Source: Brevundimonas sp.
GTDB lineage: Bacteria > Pseudomonadota > Alphaproteobacteria > Caulobacterales > Caulobacteraceae
Length of the DNA: 64,000 bases
Reading direction: 5' to 3'
NCBI RefSeq assembly: GCF_036732845.1
Contig: NZ_DAINBO010000006.1
Coordinates: 20,243-84,242, forward strand
The stretch's first letter is position 1, and every line of letters starts with the position of its first letter. The position numbers and the translations under genes were made by a program. The notes under the pieces were generated by a model. It had not been told where the DNA came from. It did no database searches and saw nothing but the letters and a program-made list of their open reading frames with translations. Of the stretch, positions 15,141-24,558 are shown piece after piece.

Positions 15141-15176
15141 AAGGCCCGGACATCACTGTCCGGGCCTTTTGCTTTT
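15141..15176 (+). terminator. rho-independent terminator after carD
   Basis: 12-bp stem AAGGCCCGGACA-tcac-TGTCCGGGCCTT followed by TTGCTTTT. Confidence 0.6.
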
Positions 15177-15234
15177 CCCCCTCCCCATTTCATGGGGAGG
15201 GGGACCGCGAAGCGGTGGAGGGGTTCTCCCCCTC
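15177..15234. repeat. GGGGAGG-type palindromic repeat element (copy 2), three consecutive hairpins
   Basis: Three hairpins in a row: CCCCCTCCCCA-tttca-TGGGGAGGGGG, ACCGC-gaa-GCGGT, and GAGGGG-N5-CCCCTC. Confidence 0.55.
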
Positions 15235-15246
15235 ACCCTCAGGGCC

Positions 15247-15705
15247 TCAGAAATACTCGGCGTTCGCCGGGCACTGGGCCGCCAGACGGCGCGCCGTGAT
15301 GCTGGCCGGGATATAGGGCGTGCCGCGCGAGAGCTGGGCGCCGCCCCGGAAGGTGAAGGTCTCGGACGTATAGGGACCGTTCAGCCGCACATTGACCCGC
15401 CGTCCCTTGTGGTCGGTGCAGGTCCCCTCGAAACGGGCGTTGCCGTTGCCGACCACGCGCACCGGATAGACGCATTGCCATTTCCGCGTCGACAGGCCGC
15501 CGAAGAAGCGGTTGATCTCGCTGGGGCGGACGCATTTGGTCTCGGTGTCGCGCACGCCCAGCACGCTGGTCGTATAGGTCCAATAGCCCGGCTGAGGCTG
15601 GTCGTTGGTCTGGCTTCCGGCCACGCCCGGCGCGGCCAGCACGGCGGCGCCGACGGCCAGGGGGGCGATCATGGCGACGGCGCGGGTCAGGGACTGGATG
15701 CTCAT
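15247..15705 (-). CDS. exported hypothetical protein (DUF3617-like)
   Basis: Signal peptide (LTRAVAMIAPLAVGAAVLAAPGVAG) and four spaced Cys residues. The family assignment is from memory and tentative. The alternative start at 15732 is less likely. Confidence 0.6.
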   Translation of the reverse strand: MSIQSLTRAVAMIAPLAVGAAVLAAPGVAGSQTNDQPQPGYWTYTTSVLGVRDTETKCVRPSEINRFFGGLSTRKWQCVYPVRVVGNGNARFEGTCTDHKGRRVNVRLNGPYTSETFTFRGGAQLSRGTPYIPASITARRLAAQCPANAEYF

Positions 15706-15797
15706 CTTGGGTCTCTCGATCCTGAAGCTCATGGGCTATAGCGTTAGAAGGTGGCGGTTGAACGACGGCTGAACAAGCTTTCCGGCCCGCTGGCGCC

Positions 15798-15827
15798 TTG
15801 ACCCGGCCCCGGCCTTTCGACTATACG
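15798..15827 (+). promoter_or_regulatory. putative sigma-70-type promoter of rpmB
   Basis: TTGACC at 15798..15803, an 18-nt spacer, then TATACG at 15822..15827. A GC hairpin (CGCGCGGGA-N6-TCCCGCGCG, 15837..15860) follows in the leader. Confidence 0.35.
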
Positions 15828-15907
15828 GCCCCCTCTCGCGCGGGACCCGTCTCCCGCGCGCTTCCGTTTCATGCGTTCCGACGGGACGCAAGCCCAAGGA
15901 TCTGACG

Positions 15908-16204
15908 ATGTCGCGTCGTTGCGAACTCACCGGTGTCGGCCCGATGGTCGGCAATTCGGTCAGCCACTCGAACATCAAGACCAAGCGCCGCTTCCTGCCG
16001 TCGCTGAAGTCGGTGAAGGTGACCTCGGACGCCCTGGGTCAGACCTTCTCGCTGCGCATCTCGAACGCCGCGCTGCGCACCCTGGATTTCAAGGGCGGCC
16101 TGGACGCCTTCATCGTCAAGGCCCGCGACGAGCAGCTCTCGGTCGCCGCCCAGCGCATCAAGCGCCAGGTCAAGGCCAAGCTGGCCGAACAAGCCGCCGC
16201 CTGA
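15908..16204 (+). CDS. rpmB: 50S ribosomal protein L28
   Basis: MSRRCELTGVGPMVGNSVSHSNIKTKRRFLPSL is a canonical L28 N-terminus. Confidence 0.95.
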   Translation: MSRRCELTGVGPMVGNSVSHSNIKTKRRFLPSLKSVKVTSDALGQTFSLRISNAALRTLDFKGGLDAFIVKARDEQLSVAAQRIKRQVKAKLAEQAAA

Positions 16205-16231
16205 TCCAGGCGACGCAGCCCAACTGAACGA

Positions 16232-16262
16232 GGCCGGTGGAGACACCGGCCTTTTTCTTTTT
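16232..16262 (+). terminator. rho-independent terminator after rpmB
   Basis: GGCCGGTG-gaga-CACCGGCC followed by TTTTTCTTTTT. Confidence 0.7.
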
Positions 16263-16264
16263 GA

Positions 16265-16392
16265 TCCTCCCCCATCGGGGGAGGGGGACCGCCAAAGGCG
16301 GTGGGGGGAGCCTCCCATCCACCGGCGCTTGCGGCTTGCCCCCTCCATCACTTCGTGGTCCCCCTCCTCCGTTCGCTTCGCTGGGGGAGGAC
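16265..16392. repeat. GGGGAGG-type palindromic repeat element (copy 3, extended)
   Basis: CCTCCCCC-atc-GGGGGAGG, then ACCGCC-aaa-GGCGGT, then a further CCTCC...GGGGGAGG arm ending 3 nt before the ATG at 16394. Confidence 0.55.
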
Positions 16393-16393
16393 G

Positions 16394-16729
16394 ATGACCC
16401 GCGATCAGATGTTCGCCTGCGCCCTCGAACAGCCGGGCGCCGAGGATTCGACCCTGCACGGCGGCCGCTGCGTGCGGGTGCGCGGCCACTGGATCGTCAA
16501 TGAATCGCGCGAGGCCGACGCCCTGGCTCTGGCCCTGGACCTGGAGACCCTGGCCTTCCTGATGGAGACCGAGCCGGAGACCTATTTCCAGACGCCCCAT
16601 TATCAGGGCTGGCCCGCCGTGCTGGTGCGCTACACCGTCGCCGACGACGATCGGCTGCGCGAACAGATCGAAAAGGCCTGGGCGCGCCGCGCGACCATGG
16701 CCCAGCGCCGGGCGCGCGGCCTGGCCTGA
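16394..16729 (+). CDS. MmcQ/YjbR family DNA-binding protein
   Basis: 111 aa from ATG 16394, with SD GGGGGAGG directly upstream. MTRDQMFACALEQPGAEDSTLHGG...FQTPHYQGWPAVLVRY resembles the YjbR family. Confidence 0.7.
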   Translation: MTRDQMFACALEQPGAEDSTLHGGRCVRVRGHWIVNESREADALALALDLETLAFLMETEPETYFQTPHYQGWPAVLVRYTVADDDRLREQIEKAWARRATMAQRRARGLA

Positions 16730-16811
16730 GCCGGGATTACAAACTCGCAACTTTTGCGGCGCTTTCTCGGCCGATAGTCTGGGCGCGACATCCCCCAGTG
16801 AAAGCCGCGTC

Positions 16812-18605
16812 ATGGTCCGTCGTCTTCTGGTCTCCGCCTCCGTCCTGGTTCTGGCCGCCTGCGCCACCGCCCCGGCCGTCGCTCCGGCCCCGGCTCCGGC
16901 CGCGGCTCCGACGCCCGACCCCGCGGCGCCCGTCTCGACGCCCTTCACCCTCAGCACCGGTTCGCCGCGCACGCCCGAGCAACTGGCGATGCGGTTCGAC
17001 AAGGCCGATCTCAGCTTCCGCATTCATCCCGATACGAAGACCATCGACGGCCTGGCGGTGCTGGACTTCACCGCCGTCGCTCCGCTGGACGCCCTGGTCG
17101 TGGAGCTGGACACCGTCCTGCCGATCTCTCAGATCGTCGTCGACGGCCGCGCCCTGCGGCCTGACCAATGGTCCAATCCCCAGGGGCGGCTGACCATTCC
17201 CCTGGCCCAGACCCTGCCCGCCGGGCGGTCGACCAGCGTGCGCATCGCCTATTCCGGCGCGCCGCACCGGGCCGTGCGCGCACCGTGGGACGGCGGCTTC
17301 GTCTGGGCGGCCACGCCCGACGGCAAGCCGTGGATCGCCACCGCCGTCCAGGGCGAGGGCTGCGACCTGTTCTGGCCCTGCATCGACCACCCCCAGGGCG
17401 AACCGGCGCGCGTCGATCTGCACGTCACCGTGCCGTCCGACCTGTCGGCCCCGTCCAACGGCCGCTTCCTGGGCAAGGTCGATCACGGCGACGGCTGGAC
17501 CACCTGGAATTGGACCACGCGCGATCCCGACACCTATGCGATCACCCTGGCCGTCGGTCCCTATGTCGAGCTGAGCGACAGCTACGCCAGCCGGTTCGGC
17601 GACCGGTTCCCGCTGCATTTCTGGCATCTGGCCTCGGACGACCCGGTCAAGGCCCGCGACCTGTTCGCCCAGTTCGCGCCCATGCTCGACTTCTATGAGG
17701 CGACGGTCGGTCCCTTCCCCTTCCGCGACGAGAAGATGGGCGTGGTCGAGACCCCGCACCTGGGCATGGAGCACCAGACCATCAACGCCTACGGCAACGG
17801 CTATGCGTTCGACGGCAAGGGCTATGACTGGCTGCTGCAACACGAGCTGGCCCACGAATGGTTCGGCAACCAACTGACCAATGCCGACTGGGACGACATG
17901 TGGCTGCATGAAGGGTTCGGCACCTATATGCAGCCGCTCTACGCCCGCTGGCTGCACGGCGACCGGGCCATGGAGAGCGAGCTTCAGGCCATGCGGTTGC
18001 GGCTGGCCAATCGCTTCCCCCTGGTCTCGGGTCAGAGCCACACCTCCGGCGAGGTCTATGAAGGAACCGTCGGGCCGGGCCAGGACATCTACGGCAAGGG
18101 CGCCCTGATCGCCCATACCCTGCGCCTGCTGATCGGCGACGAGGCCTTCTGGAGCGCCGTGCGCACCAGCGTTTACGGTCGCCCCGACCCGCGTCCCGGC
18201 AATTTCCGCCCGCGCTACGGCACGACGCCCGAGTTCATCGCCAATGCCGAGCGCGCCTCGGGCCGCGACCTGGGCTGGTTCTTCGACGCCTATCTGTACA
18301 ACGCCGCCCTGCCCGAGCTGCGCATGGTCCGCGACGGCGACCGGGTCAGCCTGTCCTGGATCACGCCGTCAGGCCGCCCCTTCCCCATGCCGGTCGAGGT
18401 CGAGATCGACGGCCGTGTCCAGACCCTGGCCATGACCGACGGCCGGGGTGAGCTGACCGCCGCACCCGGCGCCCACATCCTGTTGGACCCGCGCAACCGC
18501 GTGCTGCGCCGTCTGCCGCACGTCGAACAGTTTCAGGACTGGCAGAAGGCCGAGGCCGAGCGCCGCCGTGCGGCCCAGGCGGCGGCGCGAACCACCTCGA
18601 ACTAG
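16812..18605 (+). CDS. M1 family metallopeptidase, lipoprotein
   Basis: Lipobox (VLVLAAC). Zinc motif HELAHEWFGN with a downstream WLHEGF glutamate. GMEHQT resembles the exopeptidase GXMEN motif. Confidence 0.9.
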   Translation: MVRRLLVSASVLVLAACATAPAVAPAPAPAAAPTPDPAAPVSTPFTLSTGSPRTPEQLAMRFDKADLSFRIHPDTKTIDGLAVLDFTAVAPLDALVVELDTVLPISQIVVDGRALRPDQWSNPQGRLTIPLAQTLPAGRSTSVRIAYSGAPHRAVRAPWDGGFVWAATPDGKPWIATAVQGEGCDLFWPCIDHPQGEPARVDLHVTVPSDLSAPSNGRFLGKVDHGDGWTTWNWTTRDPDTYAITLAVGPYVELSDSYASRFGDRFPLHFWHLASDDPVKARDLFAQFAPMLDFYEATVGPFPFRDEKMGVVETPHLGMEHQTINAYGNGYAFDGKGYDWLLQHELAHEWFGNQLTNADWDDMWLHEGFGTYMQPLYARWLHGDRAMESELQAMRLRLANRFPLVSGQSHTSGEVYEGTVGPGQDIYGKGALIAHTLRLLIGDEAFWSAVRTSVYGRPDPRPGNFRPRYGTTPEFIANAERASGRDLGWFFDAYLYNAALPELRMVRDGDRVSLSWITPSGRPFPMPVEVEIDGRVQTLAMTDGRGELTAAPGAHILLDPRNRVLRRLPHVEQFQDWQKAEAERRRAAQAAARTTSN

Positions 18606-18608
18606 ACC

Positions 18609-20426
18609 TCAGGCCGCCGCGCTCAGGGTCGGCAGGGCGCGCACCGCCTCGCGTCCATGAGGCGTGGCCGCCAGCACCCGCGCCAGGGCGGCGAAGTCCA
18701 CCGGCTTGTCGACATAGGCGTCGGCGCCCGCCGCAAAGCCCGAGGCGTGGTCTTCCGGCCGGGCCGAGGCCGACAGCACCGCCACCGGCGTCTCACGGTT
18801 CGGCCCGTCGCCGCCGCGCAGCGCCCGCGTCGCCGTCAGCCCGTCCATGACCGGCATGTTGACGTCCATGATGATGATGTCGAAAGCCGCCTCGGCCGCC
18901 GCGTCCAACGCCTCGCGTCCGTTCTCGGCCATGGCGCAGGCATGACCCATCGAGGTCAGCCAGGCTTGCAGCACCATTCTGTTGACCGGATGGTCCTCGA
19001 CCACCAGCACGTTCAACGGCCCGGCCGTGGTCTCGACCGCCGCGTCCGCGCGTTCCGTGATCGGCGTCGCCTCCCAGCTCTCGACATCGACGTCCAGCGA
19101 CAGGGTGAAGGTCGATCCGGCCCCCGCCGCCGACGTCAGGGCGATGTCCCCGCCCAGAAGCTGGGCCAGCTTGCGGCAGATGCTCAGCCCCAGGCCCGTG
19201 CCGCCATAGCCGCGCGTCGAAGAGGCGTCGACCTGGGTGAAGGGCTGGAACAGCTTGCCCTGATCGGCCTCGGCTATGCCCACGCCGCTGTCCGCCACGG
19301 CGAAGTCCAGCCGCGCCCGCGTCTCGCCGATCCTGCGCCCGCGCACGGTCAGCTCCACCTTGCCCTCGGGCGTGAATTTCACCGCATTGCTCAACAGGTT
19401 CTGCACGATCTGGGCGACGCGCAGGGCATCGGTGTTCAGCCGGTGCGGCAGTTCGCCCACGCGCGTGACCTCGAAATCCAGCCCCTTGGCCGCCGCCTGG
19501 GCCTCGAACGGTCCCACGCTGCGTTCGACCAGATCGGCCATGGAGGTCTCGGCCGCGTCGATCTCTATCCGCCCGGCTTCGATCTTGGCCAGGTCCAGGA
19601 TGTCGTTCAGCAGCACCAGCAGGCTCTCGCCCGACCGGCGGATGATGGAGACATAATTCTGTTGCGCCTCGCCCAGGCGGGTCGTGCTTTCCAGCAGTTG
19701 GGCCGCGCCCAGGACGCCGTTCATCGGCGTGCGCAGTTCGTGCGACACCACCGCCAGGAAGTTCGACTTGGCGTCCGAGGCCGCCCGCGCCTGTTCGCCC
19801 GCCACCACCAGCGCCGCGATCAGCTCGGCCTGGCGGGCGTTGATGGCGGCCAGTTCATTGTCCTTGATCTCGGTGATGACCACCTTGATCAGCAGGGCCA
19901 TGGCCATGACCGGCCCGATGGCCAGCACCGTCAGCATCCCCGGCTGGCCCCACAGGCTGGCCACGATGATGGCGACCGTCAACGTATAGGGCATGGAGAC
20001 GATCATCGCCTCGCGCGAATTGGCCCGCATCTGGGTGAAGACCAGGGTGTAGCCGGCGCACAGCAGGGCGATGGCCAGCATGCCGCCGAACGTCCCGCCC
20101 ATGAAGAAGCTCAGCAACGGCGCCCCGGCCCAGCAGGCGCCCGATATGGTGGCGACGATCAGCTTGACCCGCGCGTGCCGTTTCGGGTCCGTCATCTGAA
20201 TCCGGGTCTCGGCGATGGTTCGTCCCACGCCCGACACGGTCGCCACGACGTACCAGATCGCGGCCCAGTGCCACGGCACGGTGGTCAGCAAGGCCAGGCC
20301 CCACGCCCCGATGACCCAGTAACGCAGATGGCCTATGGCCATGATCCGATGGAAGAAAGGCGTCTTGTGCGCCCGATCCGCGGGCGGGGCGCCCGCCCTG
20401 TCTGTCGTCGTCGTCGCATCCGTCAT
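18609..20426 (-). CDS. hybrid sensor histidine kinase/response regulator
   Basis: About 6 N-terminal TM helices, an H-box (VSHELRTPMNGV), N/G boxes (LSNAVKFT, DSGVGI, GTGLGLSI), and a C-terminal receiver (LVVEDHPVNR...IIMDVNMPVMDG). Confidence 0.9.
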   Translation of the reverse strand: MTDATTTTDRAGAPPADRAHKTPFFHRIMAIGHLRYWVIGAWGLALLTTVPWHWAAIWYVVATVSGVGRTIAETRIQMTDPKRHARVKLIVATISGACWAGAPLLSFFMGGTFGGMLAIALLCAGYTLVFTQMRANSREAMIVSMPYTLTVAIIVASLWGQPGMLTVLAIGPVMAMALLIKVVITEIKDNELAAINARQAELIAALVVAGEQARAASDAKSNFLAVVSHELRTPMNGVLGAAQLLESTTRLGEAQQNYVSIIRRSGESLLVLLNDILDLAKIEAGRIEIDAAETSMADLVERSVGPFEAQAAAKGLDFEVTRVGELPHRLNTDALRVAQIVQNLLSNAVKFTPEGKVELTVRGRRIGETRARLDFAVADSGVGIAEADQGKLFQPFTQVDASSTRGYGGTGLGLSICRKLAQLLGGDIALTSAAGAGSTFTLSLDVDVESWEATPITERADAAVETTAGPLNVLVVEDHPVNRMVLQAWLTSMGHACAMAENGREALDAAAEAAFDIIIMDVNMPVMDGLTATRALRGGDGPNRETPVAVLSASARPEDHASGFAAGADAYVDKPVDFAALARVLAATPHGREAVRALPTLSAAA

Positions 20427-20516
20427 GCACGCCTCCCCCCGCTCCCAGGCCGGTGACGTTGGGGAAGAGGCTCTAAGATATGATGAAAACGCCGGTTCCT
20501 GAACCAGAGTCCGCCT

Positions 20517-21077
20517 CTACGGCTCCAGCTCGATGTCCCAATAGAGGTAGTCGAGCCAGCTCTGGTGCAGATGGTTGGGCGGAAAGCGGCGCCCCGCTTC
20601 CTGAAGCTGCCAGGCGCTGGGCTGGTGCGGTCGGCGTCGGATCGGCATGCCCGCCTGCTGGGGCGTGCGTCCGCCCTTGCGCAGATTGCAGGGACCGCAG
20701 GCGGCGACGATATTGTCCCAGGACGTGCGCCCGCCCCGGCTGCGCGGAATGACGTGGTCGAACGTCAGCTCGGCCGAGTGGCCGCAGTACTGACAGGCGA
20801 AACCGTCGCGCAGGAAGACGTTGAAACGGGTGAAGGCCGGCTGCCGGTCCTGTTCGACATAGCGGCGCAGGGCGATGACGCTGGGCAGCCGCATCTCGAT
20901 CGAGGGCGACCGCACCACCCTGTCGTAACAGGACACCACGTCCACCCGGTCCTGCCAGACCGCCTTGACCGCCTCCTCCCACGGCCAGATCGACAGCGGG
21001 TAATAGGACAACGGCCGAAAGTCGGCGTTCAGCACCAAGGCCGGAAAACCGCCGTGAGGACGCGCGTGGCCCTGCAT
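20517..21077 (-). CDS. HNH endonuclease
   Basis: CQYCGHSAELTFDHVIPRSRGGRTSWDNIVAACGPCNLRKG is an HNH/zinc-finger nuclease motif. Confidence 0.85.
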   Translation of the reverse strand: MQGHARPHGGFPALVLNADFRPLSYYPLSIWPWEEAVKAVWQDRVDVVSCYDRVVRSPSIEMRLPSVIALRRYVEQDRQPAFTRFNVFLRDGFACQYCGHSAELTFDHVIPRSRGGRTSWDNIVAACGPCNLRKGGRTPQQAGMPIRRRPHQPSAWQLQEAGRRFPPNHLHQSWLDYLYWDIELEP

Positions 21078-21181
21078 CAGAGCCTCCGCCTCGGAATGTG
21101 CGACGCGACAGGACTGAAGACACGCTCCCCCTTGTCTAGCGGGAAGAGCCTACGCCTGATTCGACGTCGGGACCATGACGC

Positions 21182-21829
21182 TCAATTCGCCCGCCCCGGA
21201 AAGCCCGGCAGGCTCCAGCCCCAGGCCAGCGCCCCGGCCCTCAGGCCGAACCCCGCCGTCGCCGCCGTGATCGCCGACGGCCAGGGCGGCAGGTCGAAAG
21301 CCCGCATCACCACATACAGCGTCGCCGCCAGCAGGGCCGCCGACACGGTGATCTCGCGCCGCAGCAGGATCGAGGGCTGGCCCGCCAGCAGGTCGCGCAC
21401 CACCCCGCCGAAACAGGCCGTCAACGCCCCCATGACAATGCAGATCAACGGCGCCGCACCCGCCGCCTCGGCCTTGGCGGCGCCCATGACGCCATAGGCG
21501 CCCAGGCCCAGCGCATCCAGCCACAGCAGCAGCCGGAACCGCCACGGCCGCGCGCCCAACAGCCACACCGCCGCCGCCGCCGCCAGACAGACGGCGATAT
21601 AGCGCCAGTCCTGCACCCAGAAGACCGGAACCCCGATCAACAGATCCCGCACCGTCCCGCCCCCGACGCCGGTGATCGCCGCGAAGAAGGCGAAGGTGAC
21701 CAAGTCGTGCTTCTCGCGCGCGGCGGCCAGGGCGCCGGTCGCGGCGAACACGGCCACCCCGGCGTAGTCCAGGGCGCCGAGCACGGTTTCGGGATCGGTC
21801 AGGGCGGGGTCGACCAGAGGCGTCGTCAT
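21182..21829 (-). CDS. TRIC/UPF0126 family cation channel protein
   Basis: 215 aa from ATG 21829. Duplicated glycine-rich motifs ITGVGGGTVRDLL and LTACFGGVVRDLL. ATGA overlap with the upstream gene. Confidence 0.8.
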   Translation of the reverse strand: MTTPLVDPALTDPETVLGALDYAGVAVFAATGALAAAREKHDLVTFAFFAAITGVGGGTVRDLLIGVPVFWVQDWRYIAVCLAAAAAVWLLGARPWRFRLLLWLDALGLGAYGVMGAAKAEAAGAAPLICIVMGALTACFGGVVRDLLAGQPSILLRREITVSAALLAATLYVVMRAFDLPPWPSAITAATAGFGLRAGALAWGWSLPGFPGRAN

Positions 21830-22479
21830 GCGGCCTCCTCTAGCATGATCTCCCCGCGCTTCACCCCGCCGTACCAGCCCCACAGCAGATGCGCCGCCAC
21901 CCCGCGATGGGGACGCCACGCCTCGGCCCGGGCATAGGCCTGTTTCTCGGTCGGACGCGCCGGAGTCCCGTCGGCCCAGCGCAGGGCCTCCTGCAAGGCC
22001 ACGTCGCCGCCGGGAAAGACATCCGTCCGCCCTTCGCAGAACATCAGATAGGTCTCGGCCGTCCAGCGGCCGACGCCCTTGATCGCCGTCAAGGCCGCCA
22101 CGGCCTGGTCGTCGCTCAGCGCCTGCATCCGCTCCAGGTCGATCCGGCCCTCGACCTGGGCCAGGGCGATCTCGCGCCCGTATTTCGCCTTCTGTCCCGA
22201 CAGGCCCCAGCCGCGCAGGGTCTCGACCTCGTGCGCCAACAGGGCCTGCGGCGTCATCTCGCCCAAGCCCGCCTCGACGCGTCGCCAGATGGCGGCCGCG
22301 GACGCCGTCGACACCTGCTGCTCCACGATCATGCGCAACAGGCCCTGAAAGCCGCCGGGCCTGGCCCGCCATTCAAACACGGGCGTCCGCTCATGCGCCT
22401 GGGCCAGGGCCGGATCGGCCCGGACCAAGGCCGCGCGCGCCGCGGCCAGGGCTTTCGCGTCTGGGATGGTCTTGGACAT
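21826..22479 (-). CDS. DNA-3-methyladenine glycosylase family protein (HhH-GPD)
   Basis: 217 aa from ATG 22479. LTAIKGVGRWTAETYLMF is the helix-hairpin-helix GPD motif, and a downstream Asp is present (GGDVALQEAL). Confidence 0.8.
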   Translation of the reverse strand: MSKTIPDAKALAAARAALVRADPALAQAHERTPVFEWRARPGGFQGLLRMIVEQQVSTASAAAIWRRVEAGLGEMTPQALLAHEVETLRGWGLSGQKAKYGREIALAQVEGRIDLERMQALSDDQAVAALTAIKGVGRWTAETYLMFCEGRTDVFPGGDVALQEALRWADGTPARPTEKQAYARAEAWRPHRGVAAHLLWGWYGGVKRGEIMLEEAA

Positions 22480-22524
22480 GGTTTCGGAATCGACAGGTTT
22501 TTGATGGCGCTTTAGCGTCTGGGC

Positions 22525-23667
22525 ATGACCACCCTGGACGAAATCCTGGCGCCGATCACCTCGGCCGAGTTCTTCGCGGACTATCACGACCGAAAACCGC
22601 TGTACGTCCCGGCCGAAGGCGGGGGTTCGCCCGCCCGCCGTCCGCTGGACTGGGCCGGTTTCAACGCCCTGCTCGATCAGGCTTCGATCTGGAACGCGGC
22701 CCATCTGCGGCTGTACAAGGACGTCACCCGCATCCCCGAGACCGACTATTGCAACCGCGTGCCGACCCAGGACGGCCAGGTGACGCTGCGGCCCTCGCCC
22801 GCCAAGGTTCAGGTCTGTCTGGCCGACGGCGCCAGCCTGGTCGCCAATGAGGTCCAGTTCCTAAGCCCCAGGATGGCGGCCGTCGCCGACGTTCTGTCGC
22901 GGCGGTTCGCGGCCCTGGTCGGGGCCAATGTCTATTGCTCCTTCCACGGGGTGCGGGCCTTCGGAACCCATTTCGACAGCCACGACGTCTGGGCCTTCCA
23001 TCTGGAGGGCGAAAAGGTCTGGCGGGTCTATCAGAACCGCGCCGACAACCCGCACGTCTTCCCGCCGGACTCGCCCGAGGCGCGCCGCTGGGTCGAAGCC
23101 ACGCGCGGCCCGGTGATGCACGAGATCCGCATGAAGCCCGGCGACCTGCTGTATCTGCCGCGCGGCTGGTACCACGACGCCCTGGCCGACGGCGGAGCGT
23201 CGCTGCACCTGACCTATTCCGTCACCCCGTTGGACGGGCGCGCCCTGTTGGGCGTTCTGGCCCAGACCCTGGTTCAGGATTCGGCCTTCCGCGCCTTCCT
23301 GCCGCCCGCCCATGCGGATGACGGCCAGGCCCTGGCCGCGCATCTGGCCGACCTGGCCCGCCGCCTGGCCGATCAGGTGTCCAGTCCGGCCATGCTGGAA
23401 GAGATGATGGCCGCCCAGGCCCGGCTGTCGCCGCGCATCGCGCCCTATGCCCTGCCCCAGGCGCCGGTGCTGACCTTCTATCGCGTCACCGGCCTGCATC
23501 ACCCCATCCCGCCTGGTCCCATGGCCGCGCCGGTGCGCTGGATGTTCGCCCAGCCGGCCTTCGCCGTCGAAGACCTGCTGGCCGAGTTCGAGGGCCACGA
23601 TCCCGATCGGCTGCGCCAGACCGTCGAGGGCGCGGTCAAGGCCGGCGCCCTGGCCCGCGTCCCATGA
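22525..23667 (+). CDS. JmjC/cupin-4 family Fe(II)/2-oxoglutarate oxygenase-like protein
   Basis: 380-aa ORF with a facial-triad-like HFDSHD...PRGWYHDA inside a cupin fold context (GDLLYLPRGW). Confidence 0.7.
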   Translation: MTTLDEILAPITSAEFFADYHDRKPLYVPAEGGGSPARRPLDWAGFNALLDQASIWNAAHLRLYKDVTRIPETDYCNRVPTQDGQVTLRPSPAKVQVCLADGASLVANEVQFLSPRMAAVADVLSRRFAALVGANVYCSFHGVRAFGTHFDSHDVWAFHLEGEKVWRVYQNRADNPHVFPPDSPEARRWVEATRGPVMHEIRMKPGDLLYLPRGWYHDALADGGASLHLTYSVTPLDGRALLGVLAQTLVQDSAFRAFLPPAHADDGQALAAHLADLARRLADQVSSPAMLEEMMAAQARLSPRIAPYALPQAPVLTFYRVTGLHHPIPPGPMAAPVRWMFAQPAFAVEDLLAEFEGHDPDRLRQTVEGAVKAGALARVP

Positions 23668-23681
23668 CCCCCGTCGCCTGA

Positions 23682-24533
23682 GTGTTCGCCACCCGTTTCG
23701 CCCCGTCGCCGACCGGCCGTCTGCACCTGGGCCACGCCTTTTCGGCCCTGACCGCCTGGTCTGCGGCCAAGGCGGCGGACGGCCGCTTCGTCCTGCGCAT
23801 CGAGGACACCGACTTCACCCGCTGTCGTCCCGAGTACGAGGCTGGAATTCACGAGGACCTGGCCTGGCTGGGCCTGGACTGGGAGACGCCCGTGCGGCGT
23901 CAGTCCGAGCATCGCCCCGCCTATGACGCCGCCCTGGAGACCTTGCGCGGCCAGGGCGTCCTCTATCGCTGCTTCCGCACCAGGAAGGAGCTGATGGCCT
24001 TGGCCGGCGCGGCGCCGCACGGCGACGATCCGGCCGACGCCCAGGCCTTTCGCGGCGGTCCCGCCTCGCCGGACGAAGAGGCCGAACGCCTCGCGCGCGG
24101 CGAGGCCTTCGCCTGGCGCCTGTCGCTGGGCGCGGCCGAGGATCGTCTGGGCGGCTTCGACCGCCTGACCTGGACCGAAGAAGGGCTGGAGCCGGGCCTT
24201 CGTCGCGCCGCGCCGCAAACGCTTGGCGACATGGTGGTGGGGCGCAAGGACATCGGCGCCGGCTATGTCGTCGCCTCGGTGGTCGACGACGCGGCCCAGG
24301 GCATGAGCCACATCGTGCGCGGCGTCGACCTGGCCCCGGTCACCTCGGTCCAGCGCGTGCTTCAGGCCCTGCTGGACCTGCCGACGCCGATCTATCGCCA
24401 CCACCGCCTGATCCTGGGTCCCGACGGCCGCCGCCTGGCCAAGCGCGATCAGGCCGCGACCCTGACCGACCTGCGCGAACGCGGCGTGACGGCGGCGCAG
24501 GTGAAGGCCCAACTGGGTTTCCCTTCCCCCTGA
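23682..24533 (+). CDS. gluQ: tRNA glutamyl-Q(34) synthetase GluQRS
   Basis: TRFAPSPTGRLHLGHAFSAL (HIGH motif), RIEDTD, and a truncated GluRS-like length of 283 aa. GTG start. Confidence 0.9.
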   Translation: MFATRFAPSPTGRLHLGHAFSALTAWSAAKAADGRFVLRIEDTDFTRCRPEYEAGIHEDLAWLGLDWETPVRRQSEHRPAYDAALETLRGQGVLYRCFRTRKELMALAGAAPHGDDPADAQAFRGGPASPDEEAERLARGEAFAWRLSLGAAEDRLGGFDRLTWTEEGLEPGLRRAAPQTLGDMVVGRKDIGAGYVVASVVDDAAQGMSHIVRGVDLAPVTSVQRVLQALLDLPTPIYRHHRLILGPDGRRLAKRDQAATLTDLRERGVTAAQVKAQLGFPSP

Positions 24534-24558
24534 AGACAGCGCGGGATACAGCCGCTTC

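Noticed and set aside
18609-21077. Hybrid histidine kinase next to an HNH endonuclease as a possible signalling-nuclease module.
   Set aside because: The genes are separated by 90 nt with independent-looking starts. Both have host-like composition, and this ~185-aa HNH type appears to be a conserved stand-alone alphaproteobacterial gene. Nothing supports functional linkage.
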